Assembly (NCBI GenBank): GCA_023334545.1
Contig: JAADVB010000161.1
Location: forward strand, 1 to 43,838
Direction of reading: 5' to 3'
From: Salisapilia sapeloensis CBS 127946
Taxonomy: Eukaryota > Protista > Oomycota
Length of the DNA stretch: 43,838 nucleotides
In this document: one piece after another, positions 29,127 through 39,904 of the stretch
How the letters are laid out: each line of letters starts with the position of its first letter
Numbering within the stretch: position 1 is the stretch's first letter
The notes under the pieces: generated by a model
What the model was told of the DNA's origin: nothing
Databases searched by the model: none
Seen by the model: the letters and a program-made list of their open reading frames with translations, nothing else
Position numbers and translations under genes: made by a program

Positions 29127-30551
29127 TCATTCCTTGGCGGATGCATCCACCAGCGTCGGAGATATCTTTCGCTTCTTCTTCACCTGCAACGTATTCACGA
29201 CCTTGGTCTCCTTTGGTTTCGCCACTCGTTTCTTACTCTCCACCTCCTTTGTCTTTGTCGCTTTCTTCCTCCCGCCACTCTTCGGCATAGAAAACATACT
29301 CGTCATCTTCGTCTCATTCTCCTCGGCCAAGACGTTTGGAGGAATCGATGGACCGAAAAAATGTAGAGGAAACTGAATAAAAGACATGTACCCGTCGATA
29401 GATGACACCGCGAGCATCTGACCGTCCGCCGACCAGCTCACGTCCGTCAGATCGGCGTAATGCAAGTCACTAAAGGTACACACAGGATGCCGCTGCCGTG
29501 TGTCGTATACGAGCACCGCGTCGAACGTGATGACGGCAAAGATTGATCGTTTCGACATGCCAAAGTAGCTCCGGCCGTCGTTTTCGTACATCTGAGGACT
29601 GCAGCGGACGCCAATGGACGGTTTCTTCTGTCCTGGCAGGTGCAGCGTCGGCTGGCTCAAGTTGCCTCTCGCGAACGCGTACACTGTATTCACCGGCGTC
29701 GCGTGCTCCGACGACTGGAACCTTCCAGTGGGCGTGAGCAGAAAGCTCCCGTCCGGCGTCCACGTCGGTCGTCGCGCGAACGCCGGGCAAGTGTCGTCGA
29801 GGAACATGCGATGACGAGTATTTTTGCCTTCATTCGTCACCCCCATGTCCCTCGTCTTGACGGAGGACACACAAGTACACTTCTTTGCATTCTTTTTACT
29901 ACTGTCACTACTGATTGGATCGAGACCGTCGAGCGAGTAGACTCGACACGTCCGGTCGTTGCCTTCCGTCACGAGGAATTCGGACAGAGGATCCCACGCA
30001 GCTCCCTGCGCATACTGCTTATGGTCCTTGCGACGTACGACCGTCTCGCCCGTCTTGACGTCCCACACGACGCAGGAATTATCGACCGACGTCGACACGA
30101 GGTACTTGGAATCAGGCGACCACGACAAGTCAGTGATGTCGCCCTTGTGGCCGCACGCCAGGAGGATGCGAGAGACGTCCGAAAGCGCGGCGATGTGGTC
30201 CCACCGCCAGTCGTCCGGACCGTTCTCTGGCTTGCTCCACACGACGATCGACAGGTCGTCACTTGCGGACGCTAGCTTGGTGCCGTCTGGAGAGAACCGG
30301 ACGCAATTGACGCTACGATCGTGGCCTGTGAGACTGAAAATGAAGGACGGACCGCTATCCGACGTCAGCTCATCCGGCACGCGCCACAGCTTGACCTCGT
30401 TATCGGCACCTCCAGTCGCCATCACACGCGGAAACTCATTCGAGGCATACGTGTGGTGCCGATGGAGAAAGTCTACCGAAAGCAACGTTTCATTTAAACC
30501 TGTCGGGCCGTGGTGCCACCGAATCTCCGGCGTCGTCACCTTAATCTCCAT
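29127..30551 (-). CDS. CHAF1B: Chromatin assembly factor 1 subunit B (p60/Cac2/FAS2)
   Basis: MEIKVTTPEIRWH, ATGGADNEVKLW, GHDRSVNCVRFSP, DHKQYAQGAAWDP, FARRPTWTPDGSFLLTPTG, LHYADLTDVSWS and a C-terminal B-domain-like KKRKISPTLV. Confidence 0.95.
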   Translation of the reverse strand: MEIKVTTPEIRWHHGPTGLNETLLSVDFLHRHHTYASNEFPRVMATGGADNEVKLWRVPDELTSDSGPSFIFSLTGHDRSVNCVRFSPDGTKLASASDDLSIVVWSKPENGPDDWRWDHIAALSDVSRILLACGHKGDITDLSWSPDSKYLVSTSVDNSCVVWDVKTGETVVRRKDHKQYAQGAAWDPLSEFLVTEGNDRTCRVYSLDGLDPISSDSSKKNAKKCTCVSSVKTRDMGVTNEGKNTRHRMFLDDTCPAFARRPTWTPDGSFLLTPTGRFQSSEHATPVNTVYAFARGNLSQPTLHLPGQKKPSIGVRCSPQMYENDGRSYFGMSKRSIFAVITFDAVLVYDTRQRHPVCTFSDLHYADLTDVSWSADGQMLAVSSIDGYMSFIQFPLHFFGPSIPPNVLAEENETKMTSMFSMPKSGGRKKATKTKEVESKKRVAKPKETKVVNTLQVKKKRKISPTLVDASAKE

Positions 30552-30963
30552 TTGCCTCCTCGTCTTTTGGCGGGAAGCGAAGGCATACTTTAACCGAGTG
30601 ACGTTTGTTCTAACAGACACGTACCTCCCCAAGATTCTCGAGAGCTACATGCCGACGAGGAGCTCATCTGAGCGACATGAGCTGCTGTTCACCCGTCCGG
30701 ATGAGAAAGATACGCCCATCATCAATACACTCGTTCCCTCTTTTCTTGTGATGACGTGTTTAGACGATCGAATTCTCTACCTATACTTTATCCAATATGT
30801 TTTCTTCATGGAAAGAAGATCGCTAGTAGACGTCTGAGCGAGTACACCTTCCTGTCTCTGCCACTCGAACATGTCATCAGGACGATATTAATACCATGTC
30901 AGTTCAAATTAAAGTAAAACGTCTCAAGATCGCTCAAGTCGAAACCACTCGAAACAAAACGAA

Positions 30964-32298
30964 ATGGAGCACTGGCGAGAGTATATTACGACGCACTTCC
31001 ATGCGTTCCAGATGCGCCCGGTCTCGGGGTTCGATCCCTCCGGATTCATCATGATCCTAGGCGTAGCCATCCTATCGCTCGGTATCATCAGCGCCCTCCT
31101 ACGCTACCTCTGGTCGTCGAAAGACTACCAACAAGTGCGTGAGCGCATGGAGCAGAACATGCAGGAGCTGTCTGACTACTTGGATGAAAACCTAGAGTAC
31201 GTCAAGCTGCAGGCCCAGCGCCATAGCGGCACCCAGGGCTTTGTAGCCGAGATGCTTAGCTTTGCCTACCTCTCTCGTCTCGCTTTCTCTATCACTGTAT
31301 TCTTCATCGCTTCCTACCTGAATGCCCTCGCAGCCACTGTCTCTGGGTACTAGCGCATATCTCGCCCTGTAAACGTCCTGTATTAATCCATCCACTCGGT
31401 AGATGGAGAACCCCCAACGTCGTCATCTTAGACCTGGACAAGAAGCCGACGGACGCCAAGACCCTGCCGGATCTAGGTCACGATGCCTTTAACTACGTCA
31501 TGTCCAAGAAGTATGGCGACGCGACCGAGAATATTGAAGAGTGGTTCCATCTCCCAGACCAGTTCATCATGACTGTCGGGTCCATCACTGCCCTCCTCCT
31601 CCTCATCCATCCTCGCGTACTCCTCTCGATTTACTTTGTCCATTCCTATGCTTATTTTCTACTAGAAACTCCTCATCATCCGGAGGCTATGCGTCATCTT
31701 TGCGTTCATCAACCTCCTACGAGCCCTCTGTGTGGCAGCGACATCCATGCCGGACGCAAGCCCCATGTGCCACGCCCAGTTCGATGACCCAGAGCGTGGC
31801 AGCTACAAGCGCAAGCCAGTGTTCCCTAGAGCATTCATTCGTGCTTTTTACGTTCTCCTCTTCCCTTCTAATTACATTACGTGTGGTGACATGGTCTTCA
31901 GTGGCCACACCGTCTTCCTCATGCTCTCCTCTATGATCATGAAGACGTACTGCATCCGGGAAGAGCTCAACACGCCTTTCACACGGAAATTCCAGTACGT
32001 CACGCGGATCATTCGATACAGCGTCTACGTCATCGTCTTCTTCGCCATCTTCGCCATCATCGGTACGCGTCTGCACTATACGCTCGACGTCCTCATCGCC
32101 ATGTACGTGACGACCCAGACATGGTTCATGTACCACTGGCTGAGTAAACACCCGGCGCTCGGGTGGAAAGTCATCAATTGGCTCGAAGCGGAGGAAGTCC
32201 ACTTTATCGATCGAGACGCCTATCGCCTCGCGAGGCAGTACAGTGCACAGACGATGGACGCCCACTCGAGTGACGGTGAAACCAAGAAAAGTAATTGA
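30964..32298 (+). CDS. Sphingomyelin synthase / IPC synthase family (PAP2_C), ~409 aa
   Basis: Exons 30964-31346, 31403-31616, 31666-32298. LPDLGHD, RRLC, D3 motif CGDMVFSGHT and D4 motif HYTLDV give an intact H-H-D triad. Confidence 0.9.
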
Positions 32299-32305
32299 AC
32301 ATGAT

Positions 32306-33245
32306 CTAGTTTGCTTTCTTTCTACTAGTTCCTTTCGCTCGTAAATGTGTCTGCAGTAGCGGCCAGTCGCTATTGATCGCAGCAAAGGTGCATGTGTCCC
32401 AATTACTCTTCTTCACGATCCGATGCTTGCGTTGGACACCTTCGAACGTGAGACCGAGGGAGTGTCCGGCGCGTCGAGCCCGGACGTTATGACCGTCGCA
32501 AGCGTACTCTACTCGACGATACTGCTGCGTCTCGAATAGGTATGTTAGTAGAATGAGCATCACGTCCGGAAGTATGCTTTTGGTGTTCTGGAACGCAGGA
32601 GCGAGCCAGACATGGTCCACTGCGATACGTAGATCCTGTGGCGAATGGCGACACAAGGCTAGCATCCCAATGATGCAGTCATGTGTCGCATCGATCTGTG
32701 CATATCGATCAGCTGTGTTCATTTCAAGTAGGAAGGGGAAGAGGTACAATCACAAGAAGTCGAGCTGTCGACTGGAGGTTCTTATAATGTCGCTCAAAGT
32801 CCTGATATCGACGAAAGGGACCGTGGTCTAGATACCTCCAGATCAAGTCGTCGCAATCGTACTCATTGTCACCGTACACATCTCCTCTAGACTACTTATT
32901 AATATCCGAAAGTTGATAAACTACTATCTCTATCTACCTCGGCGATCCGTTTGAAATGTCGAATAGCGTCTGCATGTCCTGTGCTTTAAGTTCTCGTAGC
33001 CAAACTATTTCGCCCTGTAATGATCCATCCAGCGGCGGTGGAAGATCTGGCAATTGAGTCGCTGCTGCTAGGAGCTCATCGTACAGCACTGGCTTCAGCT
33101 CATTTACTTCATTCGGGAGACCGATCGCTTCGCTCTTCATCCTGTCAAAGCTCCCGCCTGACTGGAGCAAAAAGAAGACAGCTAGGAGAGTGCCCATGAA
33201 GACGCATGCGCCTGCGCCGATGCCGATGATGACCACGAGCTCCAT
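32306..33245 (-). CDS. RimJ/RimL-type GNAT N-acetyltransferase with N-terminal TM anchor, ~278 aa
   Basis: Exons 33245-32938, 32886-32748, 32695-32306. IWRYLDHGPF and YRRVEYACDGHNVRARRAGHSLGLTFEGVQRKHRIVKKSNWDT...INSDWP; hydrophobic N-terminus VVIIGIGAGACVFMGTLLAVFFLL. Confidence 0.85.
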
Positions 33246-33304
33246 CGCTCGTTTTGTTATACCGGAATCACCACCAATTGTGTCCACAAGCAGACCTCGC
33301 GACT

Positions 33305-33752
33305 ATGAACTCGGTCGGGGCTCCAGCACAGAACAAGACACCGCCGGAGAAAGGTTCCTTCCCACTCGACCATGATGGCGAGTGCAAGGACAGTATGAAA
33401 GTATGTTGAGTCGAAATCGTCGTAGTATACCTGCCACTAAGTCTAGGACGGTACTCGTAGGACTTCCTCCAATGTCTCAAGACACATCGAGGCAGTCACA
33501 TTGAGTGCAAACACAAGTCGAAAGCCTACCTCGAATGCCGAATGGAAAAGTGATGATGGGAATTAATTAGTTAGTAGATAAAAGAAATTCTCATTTTAGT
33601 AATGTAGGGGACTGATGCAAGAGGAGGAATTAGAACGACTGGGATTCCATGAAGGTGGTATGAAGAAGTACAAAAAGTCTCATGAAGGGCGAAAGGAGAA
33701 AGAGGGATACGTTGCCGGTCTTGGCGTCAAAGGACCACGTTATAAAGATTAA
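33305..33752 (+). CDS. COX19: Cytochrome c oxidase assembly protein COX19 (twin CX9C), ~109 aa
   Basis: Exons 33305-33400, 33461-33549, 33608-33752. [27 protein letters not shown]...ECKHKSKAYLECRMEKGLM...LERLGF. Missed by the ORF track. Confidence 0.95.
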
Positions 33753-33771
33753 TAAACGCCTTTCGTTCCCA

Positions 33772-36354
33772 TCAAAACTCTGGTCGAACACTTTTCTTTG
33801 GCCAGCGTACTTTAAATCGATGGGCATCACGTGATTCCTCTCCTGTGCTCGCTCGGGTCGTAGGAGACTGGTCCACAAGTGTCCGACGACGCTGACTCGC
33901 TGAAATGCTGCTAGCTCGAGCATCTTGTTTGGATGGAGGAACCTGACCTCCATGTGCCACCATCTCCTCAAACTGCTTCAGCACATCTTCCTGTAGTTGT
34001 ACCGTTTTCTACGACGCAGAGGTTAAACGAGCTCATGTAAGAGCTTGGTGTACCTTACTTTTAAGGGACCGATCTCCTGATTCTCACGTTGCAATCGCTG
34101 CAGCAGAGCTGATCGAGCTACATGCGCTTGCTCCAGCTCTCGGTACTTGCTCTAGGATGGAGTTAGCAAAGGTAGAGGCAGAGTGTTGAAGAAAGTGGAG
34201 TACCTCTAAATCACGACACGCTTCCAGAGCTTTCACTGCGTTATCTAGCTTATATTGCGTGGTCTTGGCTTTGTATTCTAGATCCTTGTACTGAGAGACG
34301 ACGAGCGAGAGTCGACGTTCCGAGTGCACATTCCCTTCGTCGAATCCGTCTTTGCCGTCTAGAATCAGCTGGAGCTGCTGCTTTTCTTGTTGGACGTATC
34401 GCTCATTCTCTTTCGACACGTGCGCAAGCTCTTCTTCCTTTTCCTTTAGCTCCTTCTACATGCAGGCTCTTAGTATCCACTAAAATCGGTCAAAGGGTAT
34501 GTGGTAACCTGGAGGAGGACGATTTTCTCTCCACAACTCTTGATGGCATCCAGACGCTGCTTTCCTTCTGACTCGAGCTGCAAGACAGAGCATGAGAAAG
34601 TAGATAGAAGAGCAATAAGATGAGTTTACATGCACAACGTCTTCTTGCTTGGCGCGTAACTGCACCACGAGATCATCGACATTCGCTCTGACCTTGGCGC
34701 TATCCATTTCTAGACCGTTTATCTTCGTCTTTAATACATTCTCGATGGTCTTCAGGTTGTCCCGTTCTTCCTCCAAGCTTTTCAATGAAATTAGCAAGTG
34801 ATCTCGGTCGACAATGAGCGTCTCCTTTTCCAAATCCCAATCCTTTGCCTTTGATGTCAGTGTCTTCCATTCATCTTCGAGCTTATTATTTCCTACCGCT
34901 TCTACTTGACCACTGTCCTCTCTATTCTCTTTGCTATCAACTTCGTCTGCTGGTGAGATGAACGCTTCTACCGGCGTTGATGTCTCCTCCAATGGTACAC
35001 TAGAGACGTTCGAGCTTGGAGCAACAGCAACCACACTCTCGTCTACAAGGCTAAATACAATACACGCTGGTCCACCTTGGTCGTACATACAAGTCACTGG
35101 GTCTCGATTGAGTCCTCGTCGAAAAGCATCCATCCATGCAAAGCACGTTGGTGCACGCAGTCGTCTCCGAGTTTGTGCTGTACCAAGTTCGATGCTCCGG
35201 GTCGTTCGTGTATCAAAGAACGACGTCCACGCTTGCTGTGATTTCCACCATCTCACATCCAAACTAAAGTGTCCAAGCAACTTGGACTCGACTGTCGAAT
35301 GATCACACACGTCGACGCTGATTGTTGTTTTCGTATCTGATTTCAAGTCTTGACCAGAAACAGTAGCACGGCCATGACCAGCATAGCGCAAGACACCATC
35401 CTGTAGATAAAACATGATAAGGACGAGATCCTCTAGTCTTTCGTCTTCCTTCAGCTCGAGAGTAGCTGGAAATCGCCATGCAATATGCTCTTTGCCAAGC
35501 ATAATGACGCTACTGCCTACTGGTGCAAGCACTCGTAGCCTCGCTTTTCGGTGTAAATGTCGCTGACGTTGATAGCAGCTTGGCAGCTTGTCAAAAAACT
35601 CGGACTCGAGGTCTTTGCCTTCGACCTGGAGTAGCGATACATCTTTTTCCGACATGATCGCTGCGACAGGATGCTGCCAACCAAGCTGCTGCTGAGTATC
35701 GATGGGAGCAAATCGGTCAAGTACGACTTCACATCGCTGTTGGTCCGGCAGAACCTTCTTAAACGCTCGAATGGAGCAGTACAGAGTCGGCGTATCCTTG
35801 CTGTTCTCTTGTGTTGGACATGGAAACTCTGCAGCCACTCGCACTTGACTCTTATCCATTGGCAAGTCACGTAGCGAAAGAGTTACAGAAGCACAGACAA
35901 AGTCCTCCATTTGGCTAGGTCCACGTTCAATGACATCGAGCTGTAGTCCGCACGTAAGTCCTGTCGATTCTTTCCAGTCCAAAGGGATCGCAATTGTCAG
36001 CATTTCATTCCAAACGTGCGTCGTACTGGCACTTTGAACACGAGTCGTAGCAAACGCAGAATACTTGTCATGACAAATAACGGATTGATTCTCTCCACCT
36101 TCCTTGTCAAGAAAGGAGTCATCAAGTGTCCAGACGTTGCATGAGCTCCTTAGGTCGTGCACCAGACTAGACGCAACGTATAGAGACGGAAGCTGCGTAT
36201 CTGTAAGCTTGTTGACATGTCTGCCCCAGTGCACCATCACCGTCACTACATCTCTCTCGCAGTCTCCATCCGACCGATATGGCCTACAGGGTATCCGTCG
36301 GTCTCTCTCGTCGACAGCAGACGTCAGGAGAGCATTTGTCGTATCCTCCGACAT
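33772..36354 (-). CDS. C2-domain plus coiled-coil protein, CCDC33-like, ~791 aa
   Basis: Exons 36354-34630, 34577-34509, 34455-34204, 34151-34059, 34008-33772. C2-like ATTRVQ...HVWNEMLTI...LQLDVI; coiled coil ending KYRELEQAHVARSALLQRLQ...TVQLQEDVLKQFEEMV, resembling CCDC33 (from memory). Confidence 0.7.
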
Positions 36355-36465
36355 GCCTCCTACCCATGGATAGACTATAAATACAAGAGGCCAAGTGCAT
36401 AATATTAACTTATATTTGGTTCTGTCTCGTCGAGACGACTAGCAAAACTATGGCGGATGAGGGTT

Positions 36466-37644
36466 CTAGTAAATGGACCACTCTCGTGTCCAGTACATGG
36501 CAGGAGATCTGCCCACAGGCGTCGCTGTCGTAGTCGCCGGAAGCGACTGAGGCTCCATCCGACTCGCGTAGCTACTCGGGAGCGACATCTTGGGGATCGT
36601 ACTCGACTCGAAGGGGACACCGAGCACAGCAGGCATCGGGTCGACAGAAGAGTAGCGCATCTCGGTCATATACCTCGACAAGGTATCTTCCGACTGCTCC
36701 ACCCGATCTTCCTGCGACTCGTCCGACCAGTTCTTCCGACGCACGGTCACCCTCCGCATGAGGTACAGCATGCAGATCGTGGGGAACATGGTTGGCACGA
36801 GCGTACGCAGGACGGTGGAGACGACCAGCGGCATGACGACGCCGGCCTCGCTCAGCGTCACGCTCAGGATGCGCGTTATGTCGCCGATGAGCAGTGTGCC
36901 GATGGTCAACAAGAGCTGGTTGAGCGTCCTGTGGATGCTCTCGGCCGGCACCGGCCCTTCCACCAGCAGCAGCCGTCGTCGGAGCTGGAATCCGTGGTAC
37001 AGGACAAGCGCGTCGGCGAGGACGGTGGCGAACAGAGCGACAGACATGAGCGTCGTGCGTTCGTAGCTGAAGAGGAAGTCGTAGTGGCCGTGTTTGTCGT
37101 TGCTAAAGTTGGTGTAGGCGAGAGGGACGAAGGCTGCGAAGAGGAAGAGGAGGATGGAGACGAGGTAGGCGAAGAGCAAGTCTCTCCTCTGAGCTTGCTC
37201 CTGGCCGGTGGACACGACTTGGGACCAGAAGAGCGTGAGCATGACTTTGCACCCGGACTGGAAGATGACCGAGTAGATTTCGAGTGGCGCGAAGAAGACC
37301 CAGGACGGATGACGAGCGTACTCTGCTTCCTTGACGAACGGAGGGATCATGACGGCGACGCTGAGAAAGAGGAGCAGGTGGAAGACGCACTTTCGAAAGA
37401 CGCTCTTGGCGAGACAGTGCTTGACCATCATGTAGAGCACTGCGATGGCGAGGATGCCGAGTAAGGCTGTACTAAACCACCCGTCGACGCTGTATGTATT
37501 CACCTGTTCCTGTGTCAATGCTAACTCTTCGTTATCCCAACTCGTACGCATATTGGGCGCTGATATGGACACATTCGTCCTTTCAAGCTCCCACGTCCCG
37601 ACGTGTCCCGGCACTTGCATGCGACGCCGGACACTCGTGCGCAT
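36466..37644 (-). CDS. Seven-TM membrane protein (THH1/TOM1/GPR137-like or GPCR-like); start uncertain
   Basis: Seven hydrophobic segments followed by a Ser/Pro-rich cytosolic tail; single long ORF. Confidence 0.75.
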   Translation of the reverse strand: MRTSVRRRMQVPGHVGTWELERTNVSISAPNMRTSWDNEELALTQEQVNTYSVDGWFSTALLGILAIAVLYMMVKHCLAKSVFRKCVFHLLLFLSVAVMIPPFVKEAEYARHPSWVFFAPLEIYSVIFQSGCKVMLTLFWSQVVSTGQEQAQRRDLLFAYLVSILLFLFAAFVPLAYTNFSNDKHGHYDFLFSYERTTLMSVALFATVLADALVLYHGFQLRRRLLLVEGPVPAESIHRTLNQLLLTIGTLLIGDITRILSVTLSEAGVVMPLVVSTVLRTLVPTMFPTICMLYLMRRVTVRRKNWSDESQEDRVEQSEDTLSRYMTEMRYSSVDPMPAVLGVPFESSTIPKMSLPSSYASRMEPQSLPATTTATPVGRSPAMYWTREWSIY

Positions 37645-37716
37645 GCTCTCGACTGGCTTTCTCCATACTGGCGTCCATTGTCTCCTCTAACATATGTCCC
37701 GTAACAAACCCTCAAC

Positions 37717-37810
37717 TGTCTCGTTTAACAAAGCGTACGTGGTATTATTATCGATTGTCTCTTTTAACAAAGCATGCACGGTACCACTAGGTTGTCTCGT
37801 TTAACAAAGC
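37717..37810. repeat. Three direct 18-bp repeats (TGTCTCKTTTAACAAAGC) separated by 21- and 19-nt variable spacers
   Basis: Copies at 37717-37734, 37756-37773 (one G>T change) and 37793-37810, plus a degenerate copy TGTCCCGT--AACAAACC at 37695-37710. Confidence 0.92.
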
Positions 37811-37864
37811 AGTCCTTTAGGACATATGCGATGCAGTACGGTGGATCACACCAGACATCGGCAG

Positions 37865-38978
37865 ATGGCGTCGAACGGACGTGGCGGAGGCCGTGGGAGC
37901 TCCCATCGGGGCGGACGAGGTGCTGGAGAAGGACGTGGCGGTCGAGGCAGACGTGGCGGAGGTGGAGCTCCACCCGTGCAGCTGTATCGCAAAGTCTTGG
38001 TGCGTAACCTGCCTCCAGACGCGACGCAGGAGCTGACGCTCGCGCGACTCTCGGACGTCGTTCAGGTCTCGGAATCCCACTGTTGGCGATTCGTCCCAGG
38101 CAAGTCTTGTCATGGCAAACGGGAAGATGTACCTGCGAGACTCTACTTGGATTGTGGCAGTGACGCAGCCTTCGCGAAACGTTTGGTCACGAGTGTCCAT
38201 GGCATGCCGTTCGAAAAGGCTCGAGACACGTCGAGGAAGATCGAAGCAGTGTTTTCGCCGTATCAGAAGATGCCGCGTAATAAACCCAAGCCAGATCCAA
38301 AGGCAGGGACACTGGAGGACGATCCAGAGTACCAGCAGATGCTGGAGGAGCTCCAACAGCCCAAGGAGGTCTCATCTCGTTCCTTTTCCATTCGAATGCA
38401 CCACTTAATCCATCGTAGAAGCACCCATCAGTTGAGAGTATGCTAGATACGCCAGAGGCTGGAGCAGACGATAGGCCAGTCGCAGCTCTTGTTCAGTACC
38501 TGAACGAACGCCGGCCAAGCGGCCGTGGCAAGGTTCCGCCTCCATTCTACCTCGTCATCTAGCTCGTACTTATCAAACGTAGAAATCTGCTAGTAAACAG
38601 TCGGATAAGCCCAAGCGGCAGTACAAGAAGAAGGAGAAGACAGGCAAAGACAAGTCCAATGCGCCAAAGAAGGAGCGATCTCCATCCAGCGAAAGTGTCT
38701 CGAGCCAAGGCGTAGCGTCGAAAAAGTCCAAAGGCAAGAAGAACAGTCCGAACGACACCAAGGAACCTCTGCAGCCAGGCATGCTTCGCATCATGACCAA
38801 CAAGAGCTCGGATGCGAATGAAGCCCAAGGACCAGACGACCGACCTCCACGTGCTGGTGGGAGGGGTGACGCCACCAGAGGCCGACGTCCTCCTCGACCC
38901 AACGCTGGCGGCAGGAAGAGCGGCGGACGAGGAGACAAGAAGAAAGCGACGCCAACACCCAAGCACGCCGACGGCTGA
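37865..38978 (+). CDS. UPF3: Nonsense-mediated decay factor UPF3, ~337 aa
   Basis: Exons 37865-38368, 38419-38532, 38583-38978. RGG-rich N-terminus, then the Smg4/UPF3 RRM: KVLVRNLPP...FVPGK...ARLY...AVFSPYQKMP...DPKAGTLEDDPEYQQML. Confidence 0.9.
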
Positions 38979-39199
38979 GACTCTTGGTCTTCTCTAGGAT
39001 CGCATGGACACCTGGCGATGTCAACGCACTAGCTACCAGCCTTTGAATGTCCACTAGCTCGCCTCGAGTCTCGTAGGTCAAGAGGTTGCTCTTGTCTGCC
39101 GAAAGCACTTGTAGACTCGAGTCTGGATGGAATAATCGCACGCACCTTTTTCCTTTTTGCAAGTTGTGTTATTTTTATCTCTAGAGCATTCGCCTTGCC

Positions 39200-39904
39200 A
39201 TGAGTACAGGAGATCCAGTTGTGAAGCTCGTGCTCCTTGGGAATGGCTCTGTCGGCAAGAGTAGTCTCATCGCGAGGTTCGTCGACAACGGATTCACGCC
39301 AGTGTACAGACAGACTGTCGGCCTCGACTTCTTCGAGAAGAAACTCTATTTTCCACGAGACCAGAGACTGGTGCTCCAGGTGTGGGACATTGGAGGGCAG
39401 AACCTCCAGAGCAAGATGCTCTCGAACTACCTCTACGGAGCCAACCTTGTACTACTCTGTTATGACGTAACCGACCTCCAGTCCTTCCAGGATGCTGACG
39501 ACTGGCTTCGTCTTGCGCTAGAGGCTGCCTCCAGTGTCCAGACGCATATCTATCTACTAGGCAACAAGATCGACCTGCTTGCCCATCGAGTCGTCAGTGA
39601 AGACAAACACGATGCATTCATCAGACAGAATAAGCTCCATGGCGGGTTCCTCGTGTCGGCTCAGAACGGAGACACAATCCTTCGAGCTGTCTCCCAAGCA
39701 GCAGCCATCGCTGCTCACTTGAGTCTATCGGATAATGACCTCGCTTTCTGCGACCGAGTCGTGGCGGCACGAGTGCCAGCGTCGGATGGGAATGAAGGCA
39801 GGACAGTCTTTGCAGATGACATCGAGGCGGAAGACTTGGCTCTAGAAAGGAAGAAGCGCCAACAAGCTCAGGCCAACGGGAGATGTCATTGTCGGGTCAT
39901 GTAA
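39200..39904 (+). CDS. RAB28: Ras-related GTPase Rab28
   Basis: GNGSVGKS, YRQTVGLDFF, the Rab28-type WDIGGQ..SKML.NY.YGA, GNKIDL and a CAAX end (CRVM). Confidence 0.88.
   Translation: MSTGDPVVKLVLLGNGSVGKSSLIARFVDNGFTPVYRQTVGLDFFEKKLYFPRDQRLVLQVWDIGGQNLQSKMLSNYLYGANLVLLCYDVTDLQSFQDADDWLRLALEAASSVQTHIYLLGNKIDLLAHRVVSEDKHDAFIRQNKLHGGFLVSAQNGDTILRAVSQAAAIAAHLSLSDNDLAFCDRVVAARVPASDGNEGRTVFADDIEAEDLALERKKRQQAQANGRCHCRVM

Noticed and set aside
36457-37464. 335-aa plus-strand ORF and similar long antisense ORFs (10000-10584, 29959-30837, 31717-32385, 22219-23076)
   Set aside because: They lie opposite well-supported genes and are explained by codon bias that depletes antisense stops.
37717-37810. 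CRISPR array interpretation of the triple repeat
   Set aside because: Eukaryotic intron-containing context, no cas genes, 18-nt repeats and 19-21-nt partly similar spacers. Kept only as a regulatory repeat.
39160-39199. Pyrimidine tract plus TAG just upstream of the RAB28 ATG (also before the kinesin ATG) as a trans-splice acceptor
   Set aside because: Candidate cis donors exist upstream (39121; 566), and the tightest tandem gaps lack such acceptors.
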